From Basidiobolus meristosporus CBS 931.73 (Eukaryota; Fungi; Basidiobolomycota): a stretch of DNA of 64,000 bases. The position numbers and the translations under genes are program-made. The notes below the pieces were generated by a model. It had not been told where the DNA came from and made no database searches. It worked only from the letters and a program-made list of their open reading frames with translations. Numbering within the stretch: position 1 is the first letter of the stretch; each line of letters starts with the position of its first letter. The DNA lies in NCBI GenBank assembly GCA_002104905.1, contig MCFE01000431.1, positions 1-64,000 of the forward strand. Direction: 5' to 3'. Positions 32,546 to 45,205 of this stretch are shown one piece after another.

Positions 32546-33217
32546 AACAAATTGGGATAGAGAAGTTAGCTAGAAAATAATCAAGTATGCTGGCTAAGTG
32601 GTGTGCTCACAGAGGAAAAATTATTACAGTAAGTATGATATTGCTGTGCAGTAAGAGTACTTGAAGACTCTGATATAGCTTTGCAAAATGTATTACTCTC
32701 AGGTAATAATGGCACAGAGGAAGATATACTAGAAGTAAGGGCATATCTAACACAATATTTACTCATTGAGTTACATTTAGTAGAGCTTCCAAATTACCTG
32801 AAGAGAATCTAAACCAGCTAGCTCAGTCTATAGCCAAAGCACTGAATCATCACTAGGCAGAGTCCAAAGAAATAGTCACGAAGTTATCAGTGAATTGATT
32901 GAAGCAGCACTAGTAGGCAAATATATGTCCATCTGCACATCAATTGCAGAAACCCCTCGTTGCATAAGCCAGGGTCCCGCCAGGTCCATCGATTTAGAAG
33001 TGTATTGTCAAAAGACACATACATAACTAATTTCGGGGATATCCGGTCTCTGCCAACAAATGTCTACTTGCTGAGCTACATCATGCTTTGCTGTATCTGA
33101 TTGGCACTCCAAGCTTCACAACTCGAACATTGTGTATAGACACAAATATGATCGCTTGGAATATGGAGGTGCTATCATAATATAAATAAAAGCACACTTG
33201 GTATATTCTACCAAACA

Positions 33218-34201
33218 ATGCCAGCATTCAATCTTGAAGATTTGGAGGCTCCTGCAGCCGAGTGGGAGGAATTCCGTAAGAATCTGCCGCCAACTGTTTT
33301 TGATCCTGACTACCAGAGATGGAGGGGAGAACTTGAGGCTGCTAGCCGCAAGGCCCGTTTCAGTAATCGAAGTGGCTTTACAACCCAGGAAAAACTTATT
33401 CCCGTTAGAGATGCCAATATCACAGTAAGAATTTACTCGCCCGAGCTTGATAGCAGGAGTGGCCCTCTTCCCTTGGTTATGCTCTATCATGGGGGTGGCT
33501 TTGTTGGTGGAGGTCTGGATACCGAGGATAGAGCAGCTTGTGAGATTTGCGTTGGCGTTAAGGCTGTCGTTGTAAACGTGGATTACCGTCTTGCTCCTGA
33601 ATACAAGTTCCCGATCCCCGTCAATGATTGCTATGATGCGTTAGAATGGGCAATTACGAACGCCAAGGAGCTCAACGTTGACGTTTTGAAAGTTGTTACC
33701 ACAGGAAGCAGCGCCGGGGGATCATTAGCCTTGGCGGTTGCCTTGATGGACCTAAACTCTGGGCATCGTAGAGTTCACTTCATTGCAGCAATCCAACCCC
33801 TTACTTGCCATCTAAACTACTACCCAGAAAAATACAAGAATGACTTTCGCTCTATCGTGACGAACGCAAATGCTGATGTGCTTAACTTTCAAGGCATGGT
33901 TCTGCTCAATGATCTTTATCTGGCAGATGAAAAAGTGGAAGGACCTAGTCCATACTATTCAATGCTCCTAGCCACCAACCTAAGCAGCCTCCCCCCTACA
34001 TACATTGTCGTTGGTGGTAAGGACCCTTTACGTGATGATGGAGTTGTTCTAGCAAAGGAACTAGCTGAAGTTGGAGTTCCATGTGAGCTGGATATCTATC
34101 GTGGGTATCCTCATGGCTTCATGGTGTTTCCTTTATCGGTATCGAACCTACACTTCCGAACCTGGGTTGAAAAGATATGCAATGCAGTCAATAAAACTTG
34201 A
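33218..34201 (+). CDS. Alpha/beta hydrolase fold-3 (HSL/GDXG family) esterase/lipase (327 aa)
   Basis: HGGGF oxyanion motif, VDYRLAPE, GSSAGG nucleophile elbow, DPLRDD (Asp) and HGF (His). TATAAA ~35 nt upstream; intronless. Confidence 0.93.
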   Translation: MPAFNLEDLEAPAAEWEEFRKNLPPTVFDPDYQRWRGELEAASRKARFSNRSGFTTQEKLIPVRDANITVRIYSPELDSRSGPLPLVMLYHGGGFVGGGLDTEDRAACEICVGVKAVVVNVDYRLAPEYKFPIPVNDCYDALEWAITNAKELNVDVLKVVTTGSSAGGSLALAVALMDLNSGHRRVHFIAAIQPLTCHLNYYPEKYKNDFRSIVTNANADVLNFQGMVLLNDLYLADEKVEGPSPYYSMLLATNLSSLPPTYIVVGGKDPLRDDGVVLAKELAEVGVPCELDIYRGYPHGFMVFPLSVSNLHFRTWVEKICNAVNKT

Positions 34202-34430
34202 GACATTGAGGTCACGTGGTTCTGGCATGATTCTCAGTCCAGCGACAATAAAAATCATATGCTTGCTATAAAGAATAAGCAACAATTTAAGCATGAAGCC
34301 GATTCTTTCCGAATTGATGGATAAGTGCACTCTAGCGAAGGGTGATAAATTCCATCCATTAAATACATGCTAGTTCACCACATCTTTACCAAGTTAAGGC
34401 AATTGGGGAGATTAAAACTCAAACCAAGTC

Positions 34431-36783
34431 ATGCCGCCCACATATGAGCAATTCAACCTTCTTGATCTACGTCATGACAACGAGCTATATGAAGAGTCTC
34501 ATTTCGAGAGTTTCCCGAAAGGCGGAAGAACGTAAGCTAATTTCAGATGGAATTACCGCAGATATTTCACGTCGATTCAGCTGTTAGGACATGAACTTCC
34601 ACAGCTGCATCTGCTTATAGAGATATTCCAACATTCACGTCCATATTCCTCGAAAATCTCCATTCTGATCGTTCTCACAACACAATAGGAACATTTACGG
34701 AGTGACAACCTTCAGCTCTATCTTGCCACCCACCAAGAGCTCTAGATCGCTGGCCAACCTCTACCCTCAAGCACGCCATACGCTGATAAGCTCGTTTACT
34801 GGGCTAACCGGATTTCTTTCCGACGAAGGGCGTTGGAAAAGAGTGGATATAGAGCTTCCTAAGGAAAACGGTAGAGCCTACTACTTACACCAGGGCCATG
34901 TAGTTTGTGCTTAATTTTGGATTTAGGAGAGATTATATCCATTGATGCCTTCGAAGTTGCTTTCGAAAATGAGACGAGCGCCTCGCTGGTGGTCGCCACC
35001 TCAGTAGCCAAAGCAAGTGCACACACTCGAGCATGATCGTGTAGTTGAAGTCTAACCATTCTTTGCAATGCTTAGATAGACGAAGAGACCCATGAAAGCC
35101 GTTTCTTCCTGAACATCTATGGGCTTAGTTGTTATAACACCACGATCGAGGCCAATTTCGACCAACTCCCAGGTAATTTGTCGGTGCCTTAGTGCACTCT
35201 GCGTATGCCTGTCTTACATCGAAAGCTGATTTCTTCCTCAGAACATTTCCAGCAAATCCCTCTTGATTACGTTCCGGCCCAGATCTCCCATCTGAAGTAG
35301 GGCGAGGATCAGTGTATACCGTGTCGTTCTACGATTACTGATGAGTCATTCTTGTGAAGGTTGAATCGCTCTTCTCCCTCCGACACCGGGTTTCTGTTAT
35401 GCGGAAGTGATGGCAAGGTCCATGTATATCATATGGTTAGTATGCAACCTTCGCAGCCCAGTTATATCGACGAAGCACTAAGCTGTTAATGGATTAGCCT
35501 GATGGAAAGGAAGGATTCGAGGAAATCCCTACCAGCGAAATAGGAGAGCTCTCTTCCCTGGCTGACGAATCACTCAAGTATAAGCCTCAGTCTGATTGAT
35601 CCAATAGGCGCCCTTGGCTTACATATTTCGCTTGTTCCCTACAGCATCCTTTACATCAAGAGTTACCAGATACAAGACAAGAAAGTCCTGGTCATTGGAT
35701 GCCAAGACGGGCACTTGCTTGTGAATATCGCACAGCCAGGTACAACACAGTGTGTGCTACCACACGAGTCCATAGCACTACTAATGAATTCGTGATGAAG
35801 ATGGCACGTCCCAGATGTATAAAAAAAGACTGTACAGCCCAGTTCTATCGGTGATTCCGTTCACCACTAGTTCACAGCCTACTGCAGGTTTGGGCAACTC
35901 ATCATTTAACCAACCTTGAGCCTCACTTACCTTCATGTATGTTCGTGCAGATGCGAAGATCAATCTTCTAGTTGCATGCGCAGTGGAGTATGCCTGCGTT
36001 TACGAGTAATACAAGCGCTATCTCGTCTTCCCATCGTACCACTTCCATACTTACAATCCCCAACCGTAGAGCTGTTGACACTTTCGGACTAACGAAATCC
36101 TGCTCACTCGAGAAATGCGGAGAGTTCGACAGCATCCTCTGTGCGCACATTGGAGACGTGGATCTTGATGGCCAACAGGAGATTATCCTCGGCACATATG
36201 GGCAACAGCTGCTCGTCTACAAATACGGTAGGCTTTTTCCCTGAGTGGGCGCTTCTATTCGTCTCGTGCATATCGTCTGACACGACCACTTTAGATGTCA
36301 GGTTGATTGATAGGCTTGCCTTCAAGCTGGTTTGGAAACGGGCGTTCGCCTATCCACTCTACCATATTCGAGACATAGATCTGGACCTGGATGGGCTCAA
36401 TGAATTGTTGGTGACCAGTATGTACGGTGTGCATATCTTGAAGGTAAACGCTTATTCTCCAGCGACCCCTCCGATGGTCATGTTCACGGAATTCATATCT
36501 CCTTTGTCTTAAGGTCGATCTAGCGAAATCCAGAGATAGACTGCAATCGGTGATATTGTTTCTAAAGGAGAAGAAAATCCAACGTGAGATGCAACTCCTT
36601 TCCGTAGTGCCTATTGAAGCCGACCCCGCTCCGTCAGAGCAAGGCGAGAGCTCGGTACAAGCAGATGAGTCCTCTGAGCCCGCGGAGGATGAAGATGGCC
36701 ATAGTTCACCACAAGAGAATGATGGCATTGACGAGGAGTCGGCATCCATTCACTCGAATACACCTAGCGATCGTTCTCAGTAA
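34431..36783 (+). CDS. KPTN: Kaptin (KICSTOR complex subunit) homolog, 13 exons, roughly 500 aa
   Basis: Manual splicing over 12 short introns gives MPPTY...EESHFESFPKGGRTNIYG, GEIISIDAF, FFLNIYG, FLLCGSDGKVHVY, VIGCQDG, FDSILCAHIGDVDLDGQQEIILGTYGQQLLVYKY and FKLVWKRAFAYPL...DLDLDGLNELLVTSMYGVHIL. These are collinear with animal kaptin motifs as I recall them (SNVYG, EIVSID, FLNIY, FDSVLC...[24 protein letters not shown]). Confidence 0.85.
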
Positions 36784-38718
36784 GAGAGGCTTTGCATTGT
36801 AAAGACAATCCAATAAACCATCTAAATCACAGCCACCCCAAAGCATGCTGAAATGGGTGCATGTCTGGGAGCAGCTCGGGTGTATAGCCATGGCCAAACC
36901 ACAGCACTGATCCGCCGGTTGAAGACTGCTGTGCACAATAATCGGATCATCGAACCTTTCGAGCACAAGATGATGCTAATCGAATCACCGGGAAAAGCAC
37001 AAGCCAATATAACTAACGATGCATGGAATCTGGCTTGCAATGCTACTACCAGCAAGTGCACAGATCAAGATTCATATTGAGTTGTTGCTGGTGACACAAC
37101 AAATAGTATGTGAATAGATACGCTTGTCACAGGGACGTTCGAGTGTTGGTGTATTACACTCAACGCCCCAAGCAAGCAGATTTCGTAGTGATCCAGACGC
37201 TGCACCTTTTTTCACCTTGTGGCTCAGATCCTATTTAGATGCCTTACTTTCGAATAGAGCTCGATGCTTGCAGCGGGTATTTAGAGTATACTCAGATGGC
37301 CTCATGGCTGCCTCAACTCACGCACGCCCAGTCGGCACAATTTTCCAACCACAAGCCGCACCACCCATTCCTAAAATCGGCCACGATGAATCCACAAAGT
37401 GGATCTTGTCCTCTACATGGAGCAGCATCATCTTGAGCCATTCGGGTACGGAAATGGGGGAAAGGGGCTCGATTCGTAAAATCCATGAATACTTGTGAGG
37501 AAGCAAAAGAGTACGGATCTTGGCTCTTGACTGACCACTACATGAAGGCCAGAGGATCGACGAGGGATATGGTAGGGATCCCCATCCCGCGATTCCTGAT
37601 TTCTTGGTTACTCAACTTCACACGTCCCTCATTCCACTTTGAAAACAACGTTTACAGATAACGAAATCTCAAGCATTGCCATCCAAGCAAAGGCAAATGC
37701 TCCTCTCCCAATCCCCAATTCAGCACCAGCCACATGCTTCCACTGTACGCCCGGCGACCATTGCGGAATTCTCTCGGGCCTCTCCGAGGATGGCACCAGG
37801 CCAACCCATGCATTCGCCCGATCCGAGTGCGCCAGCTAGATGAACCTTTCAAATCCATGTAGCTTAGATATGCGCCACTTCTGGTCCATGCGATTGTCCC
37901 CGCATGCCCATATCGAATCGATGCGTAGATGCTAGGGTTTGGCAATGGCTGTGCCCATGGTCGAACGAACCAACCAGCTGTTTCGGGACCTCCTGGCTCG
38001 CCTTGTATGCCAAGAAGACCAGGCGGAGTGTACAGTAATGGGCATGGCATCTGTGGATGGAACCCACCAACAAAAATCGGAGGCGATTGACGCCCCTCAC
38101 CACAGCCATCCAAACTACGGCCACGGCAGCATGAAGCATCGACCACCACAGCAGCATTGAGTATCACCATCACGACTCATGGTTGGCATTGGTGACCTTC
38201 CCCTTTCCATGGGGTTCGGTCAATTTGGGAAATGCCTGCACTCGACTGCCAGCCAGCGACAATGAATGCTTGTGCTATGTGCACTGCACAAATCAGTCCA
38301 AAGCTAGCCATCGGAGCTTGGAAAGATCCCTCGATCATCGAAACACGTTTGTTCCTAAAAAGGACCCACTCCAGCCGAAACATACCGGACTGTGCTGATG
38401 GTGTCACGCCGATAAAGGCGATTTCCCAGGGCACCAAGCGTCCCAAGGGTGCACTGCAATTGGTGTAAATGACTGATCCTGACGTGGATTAGATCGATAC
38501 TCTTGCACTTCTCAAATGAAATCCGTTTATTCAGCATGGATAAATATGGTATAATATAAAGGTGCGTATTGCAATGTACAGTTAGCATACGATGGTACCA
38601 AACCAGCCAACTGGTTGGAAAATCTTGTAGGCAGAGTAAGGATCGTCTCAGGTGACTAGGCTTGTGGCCCCTATGGAGAGCATCAGGTCCCGTGGACGTG
38701 AGACGGAGGTGGCGGCCG

Positions 38719-40387
38719 TCATTGGGTGCTGGACACTTGATCTTCGGTCCAAATATATTCTTGTCGGTCTCGCTGAAAGCCATGGCTCTCTATGAACTGG
38801 TCAGCTTCCTCAGGCCCACGTGAGCCGTAGACATACTTCAGTGGTTCGATGCCCTCGCGTTCAATCTCGTGGAGAATAGGGGTGAAGATTCTCCACGCCT
38901 CATTCAGCTCGTCATCGCGGACAAAATTGGAATGATCACCCTGCAGCGCATCTAAAATCAAAGACTCGTAGGCTTCGGGAATTCTAGCGTCGGAGAATCT
39001 ACGTCTGTAGCTGAGGTCCAGCTCGGAGATAACCGTGTCCATGGAAAGGCCAGGCTTCTTGTTCATGATCTTCATGTAGACCGATTCATTCGGCTGGACT
39101 CGGATGACCAGCTCGTTTCGCGAGTGATTGGGGAAGATGCAGTTCTCGACATCGCGGAATTGAATCCGGATCTCCGCCTTCTGCTCATTCAACGCTTTCC
39201 CGCACTTGAGGATGAATGGGACTCCCTTCCATCTTGCGTTATCCACAAAGATCGAGGCCACCGCATACGTGGGTGTGTTGGAGCCGCTAGGCACGGTGTC
39301 ATCATCAAGATAGCCTGGCTTTGAGCCATCAGCACTGCGAACGTATTGACCGATCATGATGTTGTCGCGTGTGATAGGCTCGATGCATTTCAGAACGTCC
39401 ACCTTTGCGGTGCGGATGTCCTCGGCGTCCAACGAGGCGGGGCTTTCCATTGCGACGAGAGATAGAATCTGCAGCAAATCTAGTGCATGCGATGCCAATG
39501 TTAGCGCCAACCTCCCAACTCAGAAAATTGAATGTACCGACGGTTTTGCATGACATCCCGGATGATCCCAAATTCATCGAAGTATCCACCCCGACCTTCG
39601 GTGCCAAACGGTTCTTTGAAGGTGACCTGGACATTCTCGATGTACTCTTTGCTCCAGATGGCGCCCAGGAATACGTTTGCAAATCGCAGCGACATGATGT
39701 TCTTCACCATCTCCTTGCCCAGGTAGTGGTCGATACGGTAGATCTAGAGGAAATCAATCACTAACGAACCCAACACCCAAGCAAGCTCTGGCTCACTAAC
39801 CTCCTCCTCCTTGAAGCTGGCGCTTAACGCCTTCATCAGAACCCTGGAAGACTCGGAGTCTCTCCCAAATGGCTTCTCCACAATGAGCCGGTTAAACCCT
39901 TGTTGGGTGTAGACGTTCTTCTTGATGTTCTGAGCAACGGGGATGAATACGGAAGGTGGCAATGCCATGTAGAAGACACGATTGATCCTGTGCTTATTCT
40001 CAGCCAGTCGCTCCAGGTAACGGTTCAAGTTGATGAAGGAGGCATCGTCGTCGTATTTCCCACTGACGTAGTGGAGCTTATCGGCGAACTCGTCCACGAG
40101 TTGGTGCTCGCTGGGATGGAACTTGAGAAAGGAGATGATGCGCTGTTTGAAGTCCTCCAGCTTGATGGCGGAGCGCGCGTAACCCACGATTTGGGTGCTG
40201 GCCGGCAAAAAGCCATTTTTATACAGGCCGAATAATGCAGGGTAGGTTTTCTTTTTGGCCAAATCCCCAGAGGCGCCGAACACTAAATTGGAAGAGACAC
40301 ATCAGCAATCGTCGCCACCAAACGACCATCATGGACACTCTACCCACCAACGATGACGGTGTCACTCTCAAGCAGGTTGACGGTCAT
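38719..40387 (-). CDS. ZWF1: Glucose-6-phosphate 1-dehydrogenase, 4 exons (40387-40348, 40282-39801, 39743-39542, 39479-38719)
   Basis: [10 protein letters not shown] (NADP binding), RIDHYLGKE (substrate site), EKPFG, DVMQNH and YERL-like AYESLILD; three GT-AG introns restore the frame. Confidence 0.97.
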
Positions 40388-43300
40388 TTTCTCTGCAACA
40401 AACCAAAGCCAAAGCACAAGCCAAAACCAAACACGCAGTTTGAAGATCCGAACGGGAGTAGAATTTCTTGACGGAAGACCTCGCTTATAAATGGGATCTC
40501 GTGTCGACCGGGGAGGGTGAGGGGAGGGCATTTCTTTTTCCAACCCGAATTGGTGATACCGGCTAAAAAGCCCATGGCCACCCATATCGCTAATTTCAGA
40601 TGGCACCTGAAAAAAATCCATTCCTCAGGTTACTCAATCTACTCCTTATGGACTGGTGCTGGTGATACCATTTTGTAAGTGTGCTCCGAGCATTTCGGAG
40701 GGCGTCTTCCACGAAGGGCCTCTGCTTAGCCATCCCAACCACCGCAACCTCTCCACGGACTACTGGGTGACGAGCGAGGGATCGGATTCTTGGTGAGGGA
40801 TTCGGGTTCATTGCGAGCCAAGCCCATTATCAGCCTATGGGAGCGCTGCTGAAAATCCCATGCCCGGTATTGTGGACATGGATATTTTGACGTCTCTGTA
40901 TTACATTCCTTGTGCCCAGTGGCTGCTCATGTGTCGAACGATGCTAAATCACTTTCCTGCTTCCAGTCAGGCTGACGGTGGTTGGGACAAATCATGTGCC
41001 TGCTGATATCTGGATTACTCCCGTTGATCCAGGAAAGCCAGGTTCACTTCCCTCTTGTTACCGGCCGTTAGTCACATAAGGTTATATCAATAGAAAGGTT
41101 GGCCACCGATCCGGATCCCCTTGTATCTATAGGGAGCCCGAAGGGACAGTCGAGCTATACAGCTGATAACCTCGGTGCGCGCCCTCTTGGCGGACATCAA
41201 GAGGTGATCTCGGGCAAATATTGCAGAACATCCGGTCTCATCGTTGGCTTACGCCATTTGATTAGTACTTGGCGCTCAAGAAGGGATAGAAGTGTAATGG
41301 CTCCTATCCGATAATACTGGTGCCACTACACCGCTTACAAATGCCATTGCGGATGATTAATCCCACCTGCAATTAGGGGCTATGATCGCGGGGCTGTCAT
41401 GAAGGCTCAATTTGACTCGAGTATGGTCTGCTGGCGCGCTTTGTGTAAGCCACGCTATCAGACTGGCCGGTAACAGCATTACTGCGTGAGAATCGGATTC
41501 CGCTCGTTTCCATCTCCTTTCTTCCGTTGTGCGTTTCCGTTTTATAGGGTACTGCGGCTCGATGAGGGGTTCGATGTGTTGTGTGTGACTGGGAACATGG
41601 TTGTTTCTTGCCTATACCTTTCTCCTTTGGAAAGCGACAGAAGAGGTGGCTTAGCTCCACACAGGACCACCCTCACTTGGCCGGAACATATTTAATACCA
41701 ATGCTGGGGGTGCGTCATAGTATGGTACGAAGTCTTTTCAAGTACCCAGATTGTCTTAAGAATGGCCAAAGCTGACTGAACAAGATATCCCCCTTATACC
41801 GGACCCGTTCAGCCAAATCCTAAGCATCACCTATTAGGGAAAGTCGGGGTGCCGCTCAAGCGTGGGATAAGGTTACGTACACCAGGGCCGTGATTTGCGA
41901 TGGGTGAGGGGTGAGAGGTGAGTAAAAAGGATCGTACTCGTTGTCTCAGCTTGGCCGAGCATGGCCAACTCTTCAGTCATCATAAATATGGAGATGCCAG
42001 GACAAGCGTCAAGGTGGCTGTATCTACGATGAAAGCGTACTACATGTTTGTCATATAGTGACACGACGCACTGTCTTGCTAACATTCTGTAGAAAGTAAC
42101 TGTAGAAAGCAACGCTGGAAAATTCCCGAATTCGGAGGTCGGTTGGGATGCAATGGTCAAGTGGGATGAATGAATAAGAGTGGTGGCTGTTCTTGAGGTT
42201 CACAACCACCTGAGAATGTATCAGTGGCTGGATGATTGACCTGGGAGAATTAGCGGTGCTGGATAAGACGGATCTTTTTGTGGTAAGAGAACCCTTTTGG
42301 GGCTTATTCATGATGCGCAGTTGGAGTGACAGCGCTTGCTGGTACGAACACCACTTACCACACTGGTATTTTTATGTCAACAACGCAGATGTTTAAACAA
42401 TACTCAACCAATGTTGCTCTATGTGGGCTTGTTTTATCGAAGCAGACTTGAAACAACCTACACTATAGGCCTGTTTCCAATTGGAAGACCCTGCTAGCGA
42501 CTGGATGATTGGTCATTTGTCCCTCAGTATGTCAACAATGTTACTTCGAAATTGGCATTTGAGGGTATATGAAGTGGCGTCGCGTTGATAGGTACACACA
42601 TGGCTGTAGAGCAACTGAGTCACTCATTCTGGAAGATTGAGAAGGTGGTGGCGCACCAGAGACGCTTGCTATTCGCGACATATAGATAAGCCCACTGTGA
42701 CGATCATCGGTAGGTGACCACCGACCAATCGGATGGGATATCTCCTAATTTGCATAAGGTCTTAGAGAAGCTTCGAAGTACCTTGGAATTAATTCGAAGG
42801 CACCAATGCTATTCTTAATTAAAGTTTAGCTGGTTCATTCCGCACTTGAGCTTGCCGCTTACGTAGCAGATGGCAATGCGCATCTAGCGACATAGATCCT
42901 GTTGCTTCGAAGTAGACAATTCCGGCCTGTTGGTGATCATGCTTCGTATCACAAGAGGTATATTGAGCAGGCGGAAAGGCGACGAGGGCCTCTCGAGTCA
43001 CCCCCCCCCGCAGTTCCCTTTGTGAGTAAGCAATGGCGCAAGTATAGACCCATATAGACAACTGGCTAAACTGAACTCCCAAATAGACCCTGATCTGGCT
43101 GACTAACCATTTTTGAAATAGTAAGCTCCAGTGTAGGGTTGCCAACTATTGCCTCCTCCAGAGGGAACTGCACATCTGGATCACCAATCCGGTTTGGTTT
43201 CGAATCGGATGCATTTCACTAATTCCATTTCTGGTTAAAATATGGTTCCAAACTCAAAACCCCCTCAGCTTGCTCACATGATTCGTGCGGATAGGGGCAA

Positions 43301-44083
43301 ACCCTCATAATTCATGGGAACCAAAGCGAGCGAACGCATGATCCAATCAGGGTGAAGACATCTCATTGATAGAACACCGTTCAGGAACAACGATGGTCCA
43401 ACTGATCTCAAGGCCTGATGAGAATAGAGTGGCCGTGTTGACCCAGTCTCATTAGTGGTGCGGTTTTTCATACGGCATTGCGGGCATCCTGGCTGACGGT
43501 GTCGAAGTCCCAGAAAGCCCCCATGGGTGTGGACCCTTGAGGCACTAACCGTGGATGGGCCACACAGCCAGCAGCCATCTACCCAAGCGCACATGCTATC
43601 CAAGAGGGGGCAATTGTAGCCACAGAGATCAGATCTAGATATGTCAGGCATTTCCTATATACCATGAGTTGCATTATGATAAGGGCCCTCCAATCAACCA
43701 AGAGGCATGAGTCGATCGCTCGAGTCCGTTCTGTGCGTTGAATGGACGGGATATCACTCCTGACCCTTTCTGGAATTCTATAATCTGATCCAGTCAGTAG
43801 GGGCGGTGAGGTGTCCCACTGCTATTTCTGATCATTCATGGCATTGGGCGTCAACTCTCATGCCCTTCAAGTACGAATCATCACATGTACAAGCAACAGT
43901 TAGAGTTTACGTAGGTTTGTATTTGAAATCAATCTGGGTGCATTTATGTCCAAAGTGGGAAAGTTCCATACCCTCCGTTCAGATCGGATCGGAGGAAATT
44001 AAGTGAGGCAGAGACAATGATGTTTACAATGGATTCAGATGGGGTCCGCGAGCTGCGAGAGACCTCTTGGTTGACGCCTAAGG

Positions 44084-45205
44084 TTAATCTTCGGGCGAAT
44101 TCGAGCTTGAGCCTTGTTGTTCCCTTCGATGCTCAGTCCGGCATTGCGTGTCCACTCGGTAGTGCCGCTTGAGGGCATCAGTGCGAGCAAACGACTTGTT
44201 ACAATAGTTGCACTGGTAAGGTTTGTCCCCTGTATGAACTCGAATATGTCGGTGGAGGTCATGCTTCCGAGTAAAACTTCGAAAGCAGTACTGACATACG
44301 TGGGATTTCATTTTGAGGGAGTCCTTGGCGCTTGGTATGGGGTAGCACTGCCAGGAAGGGAAAGGATGTAGTGCGCTGTGCCGAATGCTTGAGAAAGGCT
44401 TGTCACCTGTCAGTAGGTTAGTCTCGGGCAGAAAGGTGGAAAGCTCTTCCGGAGAATGCACCGTGTTCATCAGAAACGGGGGTTGTTTATGCAAGCTGGA
44501 GGAGGCACCAGAATTTGGTTGGATCTCGTTCTTCACCTCGCTTACTAGATATCCAGCCGACCGGCACCATGATGGTTGGGGCATCATCTCGGATTTGGAG
44601 CTGTCCATCAGGTAGGTCATGCTTAGCGAGCGAGTACGTGTGGGAGAGAAAGCCTCGGAAGGCATTGGGGCACAGTAGCTGTTCGCTCTCGGGTAATACT
44701 CGTGTCCCCAGGGGGTGTAGTTATATGGATAAACGGTGTCTAGGCTCTGTGGCGAAATGTCCTCAATGTACAGTTCTGGGGTTGCTCCCACACAACCAAG
44801 CGAGGGGTCTGCCGGGCTATTTGAGGGCAGTACTTTAGGAGACAATGTGGTGGTGGGAAACAATGGGTCATGCAATGATGGGAAGGATGGAACGGTGAGT
44901 GAGTGGGCTATGGTACATTCGAGGTTTGGGTTGAAATATGTATAGGTTTTTCCAGTAGTGATTGGAGATGCGGTTGGAAGTACAGGTGGTGCAATTTTGG
45001 GGAACACTGGCTTATATCTAGTAGAAGGCCTGGTGGTTGTTGGATTGACGCTGGTGGGGATTGGGGCTGGGATGGACATATTTAAATACAAGTATTCCGA
45101 GGGAACATCCACGTTCTGCGTTCGAGGTGGGCTGGTTAAAATGGGTGGGTAATACGAATCGGTGCTTGAACACTTAGGCGTCCCTATACCTTTGCTGTTG
45201 TCCAT
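44084..45205 (-). CDS. C2H2 zinc-finger transcription factor (373 aa ORF, two fingers)
   Basis: CQYCFRSFTRKHDLHRHIRVH-TGDKPY-QCNYCNKSFARTDALKRH, with a Pro/Ser/Thr-rich N-terminus. An upstream exon cannot be excluded. Confidence 0.9.
   Translation of the reverse strand: MDNSKGIGTPKCSSTDSYYPPILTSPPRTQNVDVPSEYLYLNMSIPAPIPTSVNPTTTRPSTRYKPVFPKIAPPVLPTASPITTGKTYTYFNPNLECTIAHSLTVPSFPSLHDPLFPTTTLSPKVLPSNSPADPSLGCVGATPELYIEDISPQSLDTVYPYNYTPWGHEYYPRANSYCAPMPSEAFSPTRTRSLSMTYLMDSSKSEMMPQPSWCRSAGYLVSEVKNEIQPNSGASSSLHKQPPFLMNTVHSPEELSTFLPETNLLTGDKPFSSIRHSALHPFPSWQCYPIPSAKDSLKMKSHVCQYCFRSFTRKHDLHRHIRVHTGDKPYQCNYCNKSFARTDALKRHYRVDTQCRTEHRREQQGSSSNSPED

Noticed and set aside
34431-36783. ITFG2 or integrin-alpha identity, suggested by the DxDxDG motifs
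   Set aside because: N-terminal and central motifs (NIYG, EIISID, FLNIY, GCQDG, TYGQQLLVYKY) follow kaptin.
36800-38700. Short overlapping ORFs between KPTN and G6PD
   Set aside because: No recognisable domains, no coherent splice pattern, and ORFs occur on both strands at chance-like lengths.
39124-45152. Antisense ORFs over G6PD and the C2H2 gene (and likewise over the DJ-1 copies)
   Set aside because: Shadow frames of real genes.
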